A stretch of 64,000 bases of DNA from Eledone cirrhosa (lineage: Eukaryota): contig OZ024740.1 of NCBI GenBank assembly GCA_964016885.1, positions 90,768,001 to 90,832,000 of the forward strand, read 5' to 3'. The position numbers and the translations under genes were made by a program. The notes under the pieces were generated by a model that ran no database searches, was not told the origin of the DNA, and saw only the letters and a program-made list of their open reading frames with translations. Positions 51,862 through 64,000 of this stretch are shown piece by piece. Every line of letters begins with the position of its first letter. Positions within the stretch are counted from its first letter, which is position 1.

Positions 51862-53423
51862 CTAAGAGAGAGAGAGGGAAGGTTTACTTACCTCCCGGGT
51901 CTTGTGAAGGTCGGGTGGTTCGACCTCCATGGTTGGTGGGGTTTCTTTTGGGAACCCCTTTAAAAGTCTTGATGTGGGTTTCACATTCGGGTTTCCCACG
52001 TCTTGAGGAAAGCTCTCTCGAATTTCTTTGAAGGAATTGAGTGACATTCGGACCAGAAGCAAATCTTCTGGCACGTAAAATGTGCTCATTTCAAAAATCT
52101 CCCCCTCTGTTTGAATGTCCTCGCTTCGCGCTAAGAGGGACATCAGTTTATCGTTGGCCCTTCTGACAAGCACGAACTTTTTAACATGTTGTTGGTGTGG
52201 TTTTATTTGTTTTCGTTTTGGTGAAGGTGGTGGCGATGGTTTTGGTGGTGTTGTTTCGGGTATGTCTATGTTTGTTGTAGGTGTGGTGTCTGCAATTTCA
52301 GGTATTTGTGTGTTTATTTGTACTTGTGTTTGTTTAGGTTGTTTGCGTTTCGGGGATCGTGGAGGTGGTGTCGATGTTGCTGATGGTGCTGATGTTATTG
52401 GGGAAGTGTCTGCGTTAGTGGTGTCTGTATTTTTTGTTGTGTGTGTTTTTGTGTTTTGTTGGGGCTTTTTTGTGAGTTTTCTCTGTTTTTTTGCACTTTT
52501 GGGTTTTCCTTCATCTTCGCTGCTGGAAGACAAAGGGTCTGTGTCTGTGAGTGTCTCTGTGTCTGTGTGTGCGTTTATTTTTTTTTGTCTATGTATATAG
52601 TTGGGGGGGGGGGGGTAGGGGGAGTGGGGGAGCTTTCCTCGTTTTCTCCTTGGATTGGTTTTGGTGTTGGTGGTGATCCGGCTGCTTTTGATGTTGGTGT
52701 CCGTGTTTTTGTTGATGTTTTTGGTGGTGGTGGTGGTGCAGCTTTCCGTGCTGACACTGGCGTTGGCAACAAAGGAGGTTTGCGACCCCCTGCATTTTTG
52801 CGCTGAGGGCAGAAGGCTTGAAGATGCGTGGCTTCCCCGCAAACGAAGCAACGTGGCCTTCTTCCGTCAATCATTAGTTGGATTGTTGTCCCGTCCTGCA
52901 GGCGGGCAAAATCTGGGATGTTATTTATATCCTCCGGTTTCATTTGGAGAAGAATCTCCAAATCCATTCCGGACCAATCTTCTCTCTCTGTCCTTTTGAT
53001 GTCCAGGAGGGTGGTGTCTGTCCCCTCCTCGATTACGCATCCCAGCAGCCACCATATGTTCATTCCTGGTGGGATGCTGGGAATGCGTACCTTCACTGTT
53101 CTTTTACCCATATAGGACGGATGCATGATAATGCGTTCCGTTCTGCAGGCGATCACCGAGTGCTTAATAGCGAGGGCCTCGGATTTGAACAGTACCGAGA
53201 TGGTACCGAACTGTTTGCCTCTTGCTTTGTACTCTATGTTACTTCCGATGTACTCCAAAGCAGCCTCTACCTCTGCTTGGCTCGCAAGTTCCACTTTTCG
53301 TGTTTGCACCGAAATACATCGAAAGAGCACCGTCCTCCTTTGCATGGCCGCTATTGCCTCGTCCGGGATGGTCAGGTTTGCCCAGGACTTCTCCCGTTTA
53401 ATTAGCCTCCACGCTTTGGCCAA
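51862..53423 (-). pseudogene. T4 ORF1: RRM-like region, CCHC zinc knuckle, low-complexity tail
   Basis: FGTISVLF; CFVCGEATHLQAFC (CX2CX4HX4C); frameshift near the G run at ~52603-52615. Confidence 0.85.
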
Positions 53424-53505
53424 TTGCTCGTCTTAATCGCTAATATCAATATCGATATTCAATAAGCGCTTTGTTTTTGCTGCTGCTGCTGCAGCAAATA
53501 ATAAT

Positions 53506-56500
53506 GATTTATTTATTGGCCACAAGGGCTGGCATCAAGAAAAACATCACAGACGGAACAGGACGGTACGATGTGGGTTTTGTGCGTGTAAATATTTTTA
53601 TTATTTATATAAGAAAATAAAAAAAAAGACATAAAACATATATATATATAAACAATAAAATGAAAATTGAAACAATGAACAATTCCCCAATAGGGGGGAA
53701 ACCTCCGAGGGTTACTCGTGGTGAAAACCACACAAAAGACCATGGTCACCCTGACTACCAGAGCAAGCGCCTTTCTCTCAATTGTTAAATCTCTCAAACT
53801 ACAGACGTATATTCGCTACGTTCACCCACCTTTAAACAAACTTGCTAGATAGCAACACTTGCCTCTCCACCCTGATTTTCCTCTTCAAGTGAAACTTGAA
53901 AAAGTTAATTAGGGATTCGCCGAAGAGGAAGGTGTATGTCTTTAATCCTTTTAACCTTGTCCACCACACAATCTCTTTCGCCATGGCCACCAGGCAGATG
54001 AAAATCGCCTGCCCTTCCTCCTCGAAAACCGCCTGCCCTTCCTCCATCTGCACAATGGACTCAGTCGACAACCGGATCAGTCCCACACGCGACAGCAACT
54101 ATTCGACATAGCTCCACAAGTCAGCAATGCTCGGGCACTGAACGAGTGCGTGCACAACGGTTTCGTCGCTATGCGCGCATCTCGGACAGGCTCGGCTGAC
54201 GGCACGTCCGTGCTTGTAGAGCTTATCTCGAAACGGCAGCGCTCCCCGGTAGTACTGCGGGCCAGGGATTTTTGGAAGTTATCCATAGGCCCCGGGCTGA
54301 AAGTTCTCCGGAAGAGAGCAAACAGCTGTTCTTCTTCGACGCCCAGGATCTCTCCGAGAATGTCGTCGCTCTTCCCTTCCACTAGTCCTCTATAGGACGC
54401 CGAGGTCGATGTTCCACCGATACTGGTGCCCAACTGGGAGAGGGCAGTGAGCGCATGGAGACATTCCAGTTTCCAAGCGTTATCCCTCGGTCTTTTTCTG
54501 ACCCAGGACTGCAGCTCCGTCAAGGAGACGAGCTGTGGGAAAATGTGCCTGGCGAACTGCGACCACAGCCGTTCACCATCAAGGAAGCACCAGAGATGTC
54601 GGAGCTCAGCGCATGTTTGCGCATCAGCAGCCATGGCATGCCCAGTCCTCCACGCAATTGGAGTTGGCAGCAGATGCATCGTCTGACCATAGGAGCGCGT
54701 CCCTTCCACAAAAAGCGGAAGAGGCGGCGCTCCATTTTGGTGAGAGTTGGGCTCGAGCAAGGGACGACTGTGAGGCGGCAGCAGATGACGGATGCGATGT
54801 ACGCATTCGCCACTTCCGCCCGGCCTTTCAGAGACAGCTTCCTCTCCGCCCATTTCTGGGTGAGGGAGGCCAGCCTGCTCGTTACCTCGTTCTAGTTTTT
54901 TTCCATCTGGAGGTCCGGTCCGAACCAGACCCCGAGCAATTTAACCGGTCCGTCCGTCCAACGCCCCACGACGCTGTCGGACGGCATGGACCTGCCTCTC
55001 CAGGTGCCTAGCTGCAAGCCCACCGACTTTTCCTGGTTTATCTTTGCTCCTGTCACCGCTTCGTTTTCCTTGAGAGCGGTGCCGAGCATATGTACGTGTC
55101 TGGAGTTCGACACCACCACGGTGACGTCGTCAGCGTAAGCCGACTCGGATTTCCCGCATCCTAGTTCGCGTTGGACGCCCCTCATAGACCCCAGTTTGTG
55201 CAGTAACGCCTTGAGAGCCAATACGTACAAGAGGGACTAGAGGGGACAACCCTGCAGGACTGAACGCATGATTTTGAACGGCTGCGACAGGTGACCGTTC
55301 ACCCTCACAACTGAGCAGATGTCGCTGTACATTGCTGCGACCCAACGCTGAAAACGGGCCCGAAACTGTCTGCCTCGAGGACCGCCGGCATGTACCGATG
55401 GCGACCATATCGAATGCTTTGGATTGATCCAAGTTAATCAGGGCCCCACCCTTGCCAGGTTCCTTAACCATCCTCTCTATGATGTATCGCATGAGGTGGA
55501 GGTTGTCGTGTATGAATCTGTCCGGAATGGCGCATGTCTGCGCCTCTCCCAGCAGACCCTTGACGACAAGCGCCAACCTCGTTGCAAACACCTTGGCCAA
55601 AATCTTGAACTCTGCGTCTAGCAGGGTTATGGGCCTGAAATTATCAATAACATCCCCCTTCTTCGGGTCTTTTCTCAGCAGCGCCACTGCTCCCCGGCTC
55701 ACAAAACTGGGAATACTCCCTTTCTGCTACCAGTTGCAGTAGACATCTGCTAAGAGGTCACCGAACAAGTCTGGCATAAATGCATAAAGCTCGGAGGGCA
55801 GACCATCTAAACCTGGCGATTTAACTATTGTGCAGTTAGCCATCGCTTCCCGTATTTCACCGGCTGTTATTGGCTTTTCGCAACACTGTGCTGCGGTCGT
55901 CGAGAGCCGAGGCAGTCCGTCGAGGTATGCACTGAAGTCCATGCCCCGATCCGGGCTGCCGCCGCTCCCGAACAGTTAAGCAAAGTGCTGCTGAAAAGCT
56001 TCACGCATTCGCTCGGGCTCGAGCATCACGCACCCGTTTTGGTCAGGAAAAGACAGAATTGTGGCTTTGTTTCCACGTCGCGCCTCTGCCACCCGGGCCC
56101 ATTGGACGGCTTTTGTCCCTCGTGTTTCAGAGCACGCGCTCTAGCTCTGACAACGCAGCCTTCGTGTTTTTCGTTGAAGAATTGGTCGAGTGCCAATCTC
56201 GCCGCAAGCATGTCGGTTGCGATGCCTGTCCTAAACGCCTCTTCTAGCTTTCTGACTAGCCTCCACTACTCTATTTTCCTCTATCCCTACTCCTTTACTA
56301 AACCTAATCGACTCTACTTTAATTGCCCTTTTCAGTGCGAACCATCACCTGTTGTTGACGACCGCTCCCGTCAACGCCCGCTTAACTAATACGCTAATCC
56401 GGTCTCTGTAGGCCTTGCGCGCCGGGAAAGAAGCGTTCAGCTCCCAGTAACTAGGCACTTGTCTATGAAGTCTGTCTATGTCGATCTCACAGATCACAAA

Positions 56501-59218
56501 TTTGTGGTCTGTGTAGTCGACTATTTTAAATTGTGGACAACTTATACTAGCCTTATCTAGTTCCCTGCAGAATACCTTATCTAGATACGATCTGGATGAC
56601 CCGATGCGGTTTGTCCATGTCCACATTGGCACATTAGGGTGATCCAGTCGATATCTGTCAGACAGTTCAAAACGTCTGAGCAGGTTGGTGAGGCTCTTGC
56701 ACCCTCCTCCCCCATCCAATAGCCCCACACGATCCCAGCGTGCATCCAAGATACCGTTCCAGTCGCCCACTAACACTAAAGAGCGGGACGTTCCAAGAAA
56801 GGTCTCCAGACGTCTGAAGAAATCTGACCGTCCTGCCCCTGTTGGGGCGTAGACGGCTACTAGCCTGAAAGCATTGCCTTTGCTGCCGGTCACATCTATG
56901 TTTAGTGACCTGAGGTCGTTGAGCAGTTGGCCCTGCTCCAAGATGACCCCCGGCCACGTGCATTTATACTGCCAATTCTGAGTACAGCCATGTTGGATGA
57001 GAAACGGGGCAAATGAGAAAGGGTCACTTACCTTGTTCGTGTGGTTAAGGGACAGTAGAACCGTCCCTTTCGATGATCATGGGTGTTTCCAAGAGGATGT
57101 CAGGGTATATCCTCTTGGTAACAGTCCCTCTGAAGTCTCCAACTGCGTTGGGAAATTTTTGTTTTAAAGGTTTGTACTGTTCTATTGACATTTCGATTAT
57201 GCTTATGTTTGACCGGAGAGTTCTTGGTGTTGGCGGGGTGTAGTAGTTTTGTTCCGTGATGTCTGTGTGCTGCTTTATATATTTTATGAGTTCTGTTTTT
57301 GCTATATTTATGGCTGTGTACTTTTGGGGGGGAGGGGTGATTTTGTTGCCGTTTTCTTCTTGTTGCTGTTTGGAGTGTGTGTCTTGTTGTGTTTGCGTTG
57401 TTGGTGTTTGTGGTGGTGTTGCTGCACATTTCCTTGCTGCCTTTACCCCTCTTTGTTTGCCTTCTCTTTTGGAGGGTGTATCTAAGTTTTTTTTGTTTTT
57501 TGTTTTTTTGTGGCAGACTGTTTGCCACGTCACTCCCGCCTCAAACTAAATGTCGGATTCTGTGGCGTCTGGGAGGGGCATGTGCTCGACGGCTGTTGGT
57601 GGTGGTAGTGGAGCCCTCTTTGGCAATTTTGTTGCTGGTGTAGCTATTTCAAATGTAGCTATGGTGTTGTCGCTACTGATGATGCTGCTTTAGTTATCCG
57701 TGGCCTTGGTACGGGTGCTACGGACGTTGCCCTCCTACTCACCGTGGAAGGGTCTTCTTCGTTTGTTGCCTGTTCTGCTCCTGGTAGCAGCGGACCAGGT
57801 ATTGGAAGGAGAGGGGGCCTCTTCGGTGTCTTCTCCGGGTAAAAGGCCCTGGGGTGACCTTTCGACACACAGAGATAACATTTTTGCCGTCTTCCTTCTA
57901 CACTTATAGGGAGTTGGAGTCCTTTCTCCAAGTCTATGATATCGGGGATAGCCTCGATACATTCCTGGTCAGTTTGTAAAAGCATTTGCATGCCTATACC
58001 TGACCAGTTCTCTCTCCCTATTTTTTCTACTTGCAGCATGGTCGCCCTGTTCTCGATTCCAGCAAGGACAGACGCGGCCAGCCCATGTATGCGCACGTCG
58101 GGTGGGACCTGGGTCACTTTGACCCTCACAATTTTGTGCCCGCAGTAGGAGGGCACCAAGACTAACTCCTCACTCTTTAGGTTTCCAAAGAGTGAGACTT
58201 TGCTTCCTGGAGGGTGGCGAAAAGCACGTCTACTGTGGCGTACTTTCTGCCTCGGGTGATGTGGGTTTTGCGTGCCCAGACGCACTCCAAGGCCTTTTGG
58301 ATTTGAGCCTCCGTGGCTCTCTCCACTCGATGTGAGATTTTACTTACGGTGCGGTAAGTCACCGTCCGAAGCTGCTGGTCCTTGAAAAAATCGGGTGGAG
58401 GTTTCAAGGACACTCTATTTGCGCTTCTTGTCAGCATGGCCCTTGCGACTGCCATCTCCTCCTCTGTGACTAAAGCTGTCTCGATATTTCGGGCGACACC
58501 TGCAAAAGAAGTGGTCCCTTTTTCAGCAGCACCACTATTGCTGCCACTACTGGTCTTACTGGTGGTGCTGAAGTCGCTATTACAGGTATCGATGTCATTG
58601 TTGTTGTTTTCTTTGGTACAGTTGTTTGTGTTGTTTTCGTTGATACTGTTGCTGCTGTTATTGTTGTTGTGGCTGTTGTTATTGTCATTGTTATTGTCGT
58701 TCTCGACCTTACCGCTGTTATTTTTGTTATTGTCGTTCTCGACCTTACCGCTGTTATTTTTGTTATTGTCGTTCTCGACTTTACCGCTGTTATTTTTAGT
58801 GTTGTTGTTGATGTTGTTGGGGTTATTGTTGGTGTTGTTTGTGTTAGAAATATTTGGTAATTTTAAATCTGTAACAATCATTTTTTCCTTTGTAATATTT
58901 TCGTTTATATTTACCTCCGCTGGAACGCTGTCTTGTTGACATGCTGATAAAGTGTCCCTCTCTCTGTGTTGTCTGACAGCGCTCTCTCTCTTTCTTGTGT
59001 TATCCATGTTGAAATTTTTCAAAAAAAATGTTTACACAAATACGAATACGACACCCCGTAAAGGGATGCCGTATTATTTACTTTTGAACCCCTGTATTAG
59101 GTGTGTCACTTCTTCTAAACTTTTATCAAATTTAAAACTTGAATAAAAGGTTTAGAACGGTTGAAAAAGAGGTAAAACATTGAAAAAGACTGGAGGCGAT
59201 AAGAAGCGTGGCTTCACC
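53506..59218 (-). mobile_element. Tx1/L1-clade LINE T5 (family B, related to T3), near full length
   Basis: ORF1 59022-57045 in pieces. ORF2 from ATG 56991 with GDWN, TDH and YADD; short deletion in EN at ~56890. (AAT)n on both flanks. Confidence 0.92.
58691..58797. repeat. 3 x 36-bp coding tandem repeat in T5 ORF1 (NNSGKVENDNNK)
   Basis: TTATTGTCGTTCTCGACCTTACCGCTGTTATTTTTG repeated three times. Confidence 0.9.
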
Positions 59219-59245
59219 AACAATAATAATGATAATAATAATAAT

Positions 59246-62200
59246 GCTTTCTTTATTAACCACAAGGGTTTACATAAAGTAGACATTAAGGACAGTACAG
59301 GACAATACAGGACGGTACAAATGGGAATATCTGCGTGTAAAAAAACAAAAACAGAGCATGTAACAAAAAAAAAACAATGAAAATTTCCCCAATAGGGGGG
59401 AGACTTCCGAGGGACATTTGTGGAGAAAGCCCAATAAAAGGCCACCGTGACACTGACCACCAGGGCAAGTGCCCTCTCCCAGATTTCCACCTTTAATTTA
59501 GAGACACATACTCACAGTAGGCCCATTCACTCAAGTCATATTTGCTTCTCTCACCCATCTTTCAACAAAATGCTGGGAAGAGAGCACTTCCCTCTCTACC
59601 CTGATTTTCCTTTTCAAATGAAAGTTGAAAAAAGTGAATCAGGGCATCACCAAAGAGGTAAATGCTCGTCTTCAGGCCTTTCAAACGTGTCCACCATACT
59701 ATCTCTTTCGCCATGGTCACCAGACAGATAAAAACTGCCTGCCCTTCCCGGCTAAATGAAGAGGGCGGGGCAATATTCACGTTGGACTCAGCTGATAGCT
59801 GGATCCGTTTTACACGTGACAGCAGGTGTTCGACATAAACCCACAAGTCAGCAATGCTCGGACACTGAACGAGTGAGTGTAGGATGGTTTCGTCGCCCTG
59901 CGCGCATCTTGAACATGCCCGGCTGACGGCACCTCCATGCATGTAGAGTTTAACCCGTCCTGGCAAAGGTCCTCGGTAGCACTGCCAGGCCAGGGATTTC
60001 TGGAAATTGTTAATAGGCACCCGCCCGAAAGTCCTTTCGAAGAGATTGACTAGTTGATTTTCGTCGACGCCTAGGGTTTCTCCAAGTACGTCGTCGCTCT
60101 TCCCCTCCACTAATCCTCTATAAAACGACAAGGTGGATTATCCACCGATCACATTGCCCGATTGGTCGAGGGCTGTGAGCGCCTGAAGACATTCCAATCC
60201 TCAAGCGCTTTCTCTCTCGGCCTTCGCTTGACCCAGGACTGCAGCTCCGACAAGGAGCCGAGCTGGGGAAAGACGTGTCTAGCAAACGGCGACTACACCT
60301 GATGACCGTCGAGGAAGAGGTGGATATGTCGTAGCCTCATAAACAGCCACGACATGCCCTGCCCTCCACGTAGCGGTTGTTGACAGAAGATGGACCGACT
60401 GACCATCGGAGTGCGTCCCTTCCACAAAAAGCGAAAGAGCAAACGATCCAGCGCAGTCAGGTGGGGCTTAGGACATGGTACTACGGTCAGGCGGTAGTAG
60501 ATGACGGACGCGATGTACGCGTTAGCCACCTCCGCTCGACCTTTCAGGGACAGCTTCCTCTCCGCCCATTACTGGGTGAGAGAAGCCACGCTGCTCGTAA
60601 CCTCGTCGCAGTTTTTGTCCGTCTGGAGGTCCGGACCAAACGAGACCCCTAGCAATTTAACCGGTCCGTCCGTCCAGCGCCCGACGACGCTGTTGGACGG
60701 CATAGACGTGGCTTTCCATGTGCCGAGCTGCAGTCCCACTGACTTTACCTGGTTGATCATTGCTCCTGTCATCGCTTCGTATTCGCTTAGTGTAGTGCCG
60801 ATCGCCTCGATGTGTTTGGCGCTCGACACCACTGCGGTGACATCGTCCGCATATGTTGACACGGATCTTCCGCATGCTAGTTCGTGCAGGACCCCCCTCA
60901 ACGTCTCCAGTTTGTGCAGTAATGGCTCGAGAGTCAATACGTACAAGAGGGACGAGAGGAGTCATCCTTGGCGGACCGAGCGCATGACGTTGAACGGTTC
61001 CGAAAGGTGACCGTTCACTCTCACCACAGAGCAGAATGTCGTGTGCATGGCAGCGATCCAGCCTCTGAAGACAGGACCAAAGCCAGCCGCCCTCAGGACT
61101 GCCGCTAGGTAATGATGGTCGAACCTATCGAAAGCTTTCGACTGATCTAAATTGATCAAGGTCCCACCCGTACCAGGTTCCCTAGCTACCCTCTCTACGA
61201 TGTATCTCATGAGGTGGAGGTTATCGTGGATGGATCTGTCGAGAATTGCGCATGCCTGCGCCTCTCCCACCAGACCACCAACGACAAGCGCCAACCTCTT
61301 TGCTAGCACCTTGGCCAAATTCTTGAACTCTGTGTTTAGCATTTATGGGCCTACAATTAACTATGTTATCCCCGTTGTTCGGATCCTTTCTCAGCAGCGC
61401 CACAATTCCTCGGCTGACAGAGCTGGAAATTATCCCGTTCTGTTGCCAGTTGCAGTAGACGTCCGCCAAGAGGCCTCTGAACAAGTGTGGCATTGGTATG
61501 TAAAGTTCATAGGGCAGACCATCCAAACCAGGCGATTTACCTCTTTTGCAGCCAGTCATTGCCTAGCGTACTTCAGCGGCTGTTATCGGCTTTTCGCAAC
61601 ACTCCGCCTCAGTAGGCGAAAGCCGCGGCAATCCGTCGAGGTAGACACTAAAGTCCATCCCTCGATCCGGCCCGCCGCTGCCACCGAACAGCTTTGCGAA
61701 GTGTCGCTGAAAAGCTTCACACATTTGCCCGGGATCGTGTAGCATGCGCACGTCGTGTTCCACCAAAGACCGGATCGTGGATTTGTTACCACGACGCGCC
61801 TCCGCCACTCGGGCCCATTGAACGGCTTTCGTCCCCTCGTGTCTGAGAGCACGCACCCTAGCTCTGACAACGCAGCTTTCGTGCTTTGCATTGAAGAGTT
61901 GGTCAAGGGCCAATCTCGCCGCAAGTACGTCGGTCGCGATGCCTTCTCTAAGCGCCTCGTCTAATTTTCTAACTAATTCTCCTTCTGCTCTATTTTTCTC
62001 TATTGCTAAAGCCTTACTAAACCTAATGGACTCTATTATAATTGCTCTTTTCAGAGCAAACCACCACTTGTTGTTGACGACGGCCCCCGTCAACGCTAAC
62101 TAACTAGTTTTCTAATCCGGTCTCCGTAGGCCTTGCGCGCTGGTAAGGACGCGTTTAGCTTCCTGTAGCCAGGTCCTCGTCTATGAAGCATATCTAAGTC

Positions 62201-64000
62201 AAGCACACAGATCACGAATTTGTGGTCCGTGTAGTTGACTATCTTGAATTTAGGACAGACTATGCTAGACCTATCTATTTCCCTACAAAATACTCTATCT
62301 AGATATGATCTGGATGACCCTATCCGATTTGTCCAAGTCAACATTGGCACATTCGGGAAATCCAATCGGTACCTGTCAGACAGTTTAAAACGCCTGAGCT
62401 GGTTGGTGAGGCTCATGCGCCCTCCTCCCCTATCCGTTAATCCCACACAGTCCCAGCGTGCATCTAAGATCTCGTTCCAGTCGCCCACTAACATTTAAGA
62501 GCGGGACGTTCCAAGAAAGGTCTCCAGACGCCGGAAGAAATCAGGCCGCCCTGCTCCTGTTGGGTCATAGACGGCCACTAGCCTGAAAGCTTACCCGTCT
62601 CCGCTGGTCACGTCTAATACCACCAAGTTACCTTCTGGGTCCATGGAGATGGCCCGTATGGCGAGATCCAAACCTCTTCGAAAAAGCACAGCAACTCCAC
62701 CCCCCGATCACGGACGGCTGGGAGGAGCGTACACATCGTAGCCGCTGAAGATCGGTGCATCCGCCCATGCTTCGAAGATTCTGGTCTCGCTGATGGCCAC
62801 TACATCTATGTTTAGTGACCCGAGGTCGTTGAGCAGGTGGCCCTGCTTCCATGACGACCCCAAGCCACGCGCATTTACGCTGCCTATTCTGAGTGAGGTC
62901 ATGTTGAAATGTAGTGGAAAAGATGGGAAAGACCACTTACCTTACTTCTCGTAGAGGGAGGATGGTTTGTCCATCCTTTTCACTGCTTGTGGCCTCCTCC
63001 GGAAGGATGTCCTTATAAATCATCCTGGAGTGTGTTTGTCGGAAGTAACCGATGTCTTTGGGGAATTTTTGTTTTAGTGTCGTGTACGTTTTCTGTGTGA
63101 TGCGAGTGATTTGTATGTGTGGAGGTGGTGTGAACTTTTGGGTTGTTGTGTAATATTTTTCTGTTATGCTGGTGTTGTGTTGCATGTAGTGTAATAATTG
63201 GTCGTTGTTCAAATTTAATGCTGTGTAGTGTGTATCGTTTTGATTGTTTTGTTTTGTTTGCGATTGTTGTGGGTTTGTTTCTGTTACGCTTTTGGGTGAC
63301 TTTTGTGGTGTTGGTGATGGGGGTGTTGGGGTTAATGATGGTGATGCTGTTGGTGTTTGTGGTGATGGGGTTGGTGATGCTGGTGTGGATGGTGGCTTAT
63401 CTGCCCTTACTTTTTTGATTGATAAGTTATTTGTTTCCCTCTGTATTTTGTTTTTGGAGGGGGAAGGAAGAGAATGTTTTCTTTTTCGATGGCGGGTGGA
63501 ACGTGGGTCACCCTGATCTTGGGAAGTCTCTGGCCACAATAGCTTGGGACGAGTGTGAAGTCGTCACCTGTTAATGGGGCCATGGAGTTTTCTCTGGCCT
63601 CCTGTGGTGTTTCAAAGAACACGTCCACAGTTCCATATTTTTGCCTACGTCTAATCTGGGTTTTTTTTGCCCACACATGTCCCAAAGATTTTTGGATTTG
63701 GGACTCGGATGCCCGTTCCACTCAGCGCGATTTTATGTTAATTGTTCGATAAGACACGGTGCTTAGGCGCCGATGCTCCATTTTATTAGATGGGTGTGTG
63801 TGAGGCTGACACTGTAACCATCTTTCTTTACCATTTTTTTGTCTTCTTCTAATTCCTCCTGAGTTACCTGAAATGGTTCGCACTGTTTTGCTACTCTGGC
63901 AAAACTCAGGGTAGTTTTCCTTAATTTCATTGTTGCTGTTGTTGTTATCGTTATTTTTGTTATTGTTAATTTTAGTTTCAGTTGTGGTGGTGGTGGCGTC
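59246..64000 (-). mobile_element. Tx1/L1-clade LINE T6 (family A, related to T1); runs off the window end; internal ORF1 deletion at ~63480
   Basis: ORF2 from ATG 62902 (MTSLRIGSVNARG), GDWN, TDH, YADD. The ORF1 end PLREVR* is identical to T1. Confidence 0.92.

Larger units (their letters stand above)
48176..53493 (-). mobile_element. Tx1/L1-clade LINE T4 (family C), 5'-truncated in ORF1; best-preserved copy
   Basis: Long ORFs. The 3' end (minus strand) CCCTTGTGGCTAATAAATGAAATC is followed by (ATT)n. Confidence 0.93.

Overview
This is AT-rich, microsatellite-dense animal genomic DNA, probably from an octopus or other cephalopod (inferred from the SINE family and repeat landscape). I found no convincing host gene; the window is almost entirely retroelement. 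(1) A Penelope-like element (RT + GIY-YIG, inverted and direct pseudo-LTRs) lies at ~5.8-10.1 kb, with a second PLE fragment beside it, and both carry hammerhead ribozymes. (2) At least five copies of one Dong/R4-clade RLE non-LTR family sit in (AAT)n, plus fragments of a second R4-like family. (3) Five long Tx1/L1-clade two-ORF LINEs of three families lie on the minus strand; four form a head-to-tail chain from 42.7 kb to the window end, joined by (ATT)n linkers. (4) tRNA-derived SINEs and RTE- and CRE-like scraps are scattered throughout. The strongest unannotated signal is a non-coding ~320-bp tandem and inverted array at 36.2-38.1 kb. Each unit folds into a type I hammerhead ribozyme with a compensated U3:A8 core (UUGAUAA) and a long stem I, making it a candidate retrozyme (circular-RNA) family. 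Three other observations stand out. All five Tx1 copies have a perfect AG|GTAAGT 5' splice-site motif 33-35 nt upstream of the ORF2 ATG. The Tx1 LINEs and the SINEs share a 3' terminus, suggesting a SINE-LINE partner pair. Dong (RLE) and Tx1 (APE) elements use the same (AAT)n target in opposite orientations. All folds and family assignments were made by eye and need computational and experimental confirmation.
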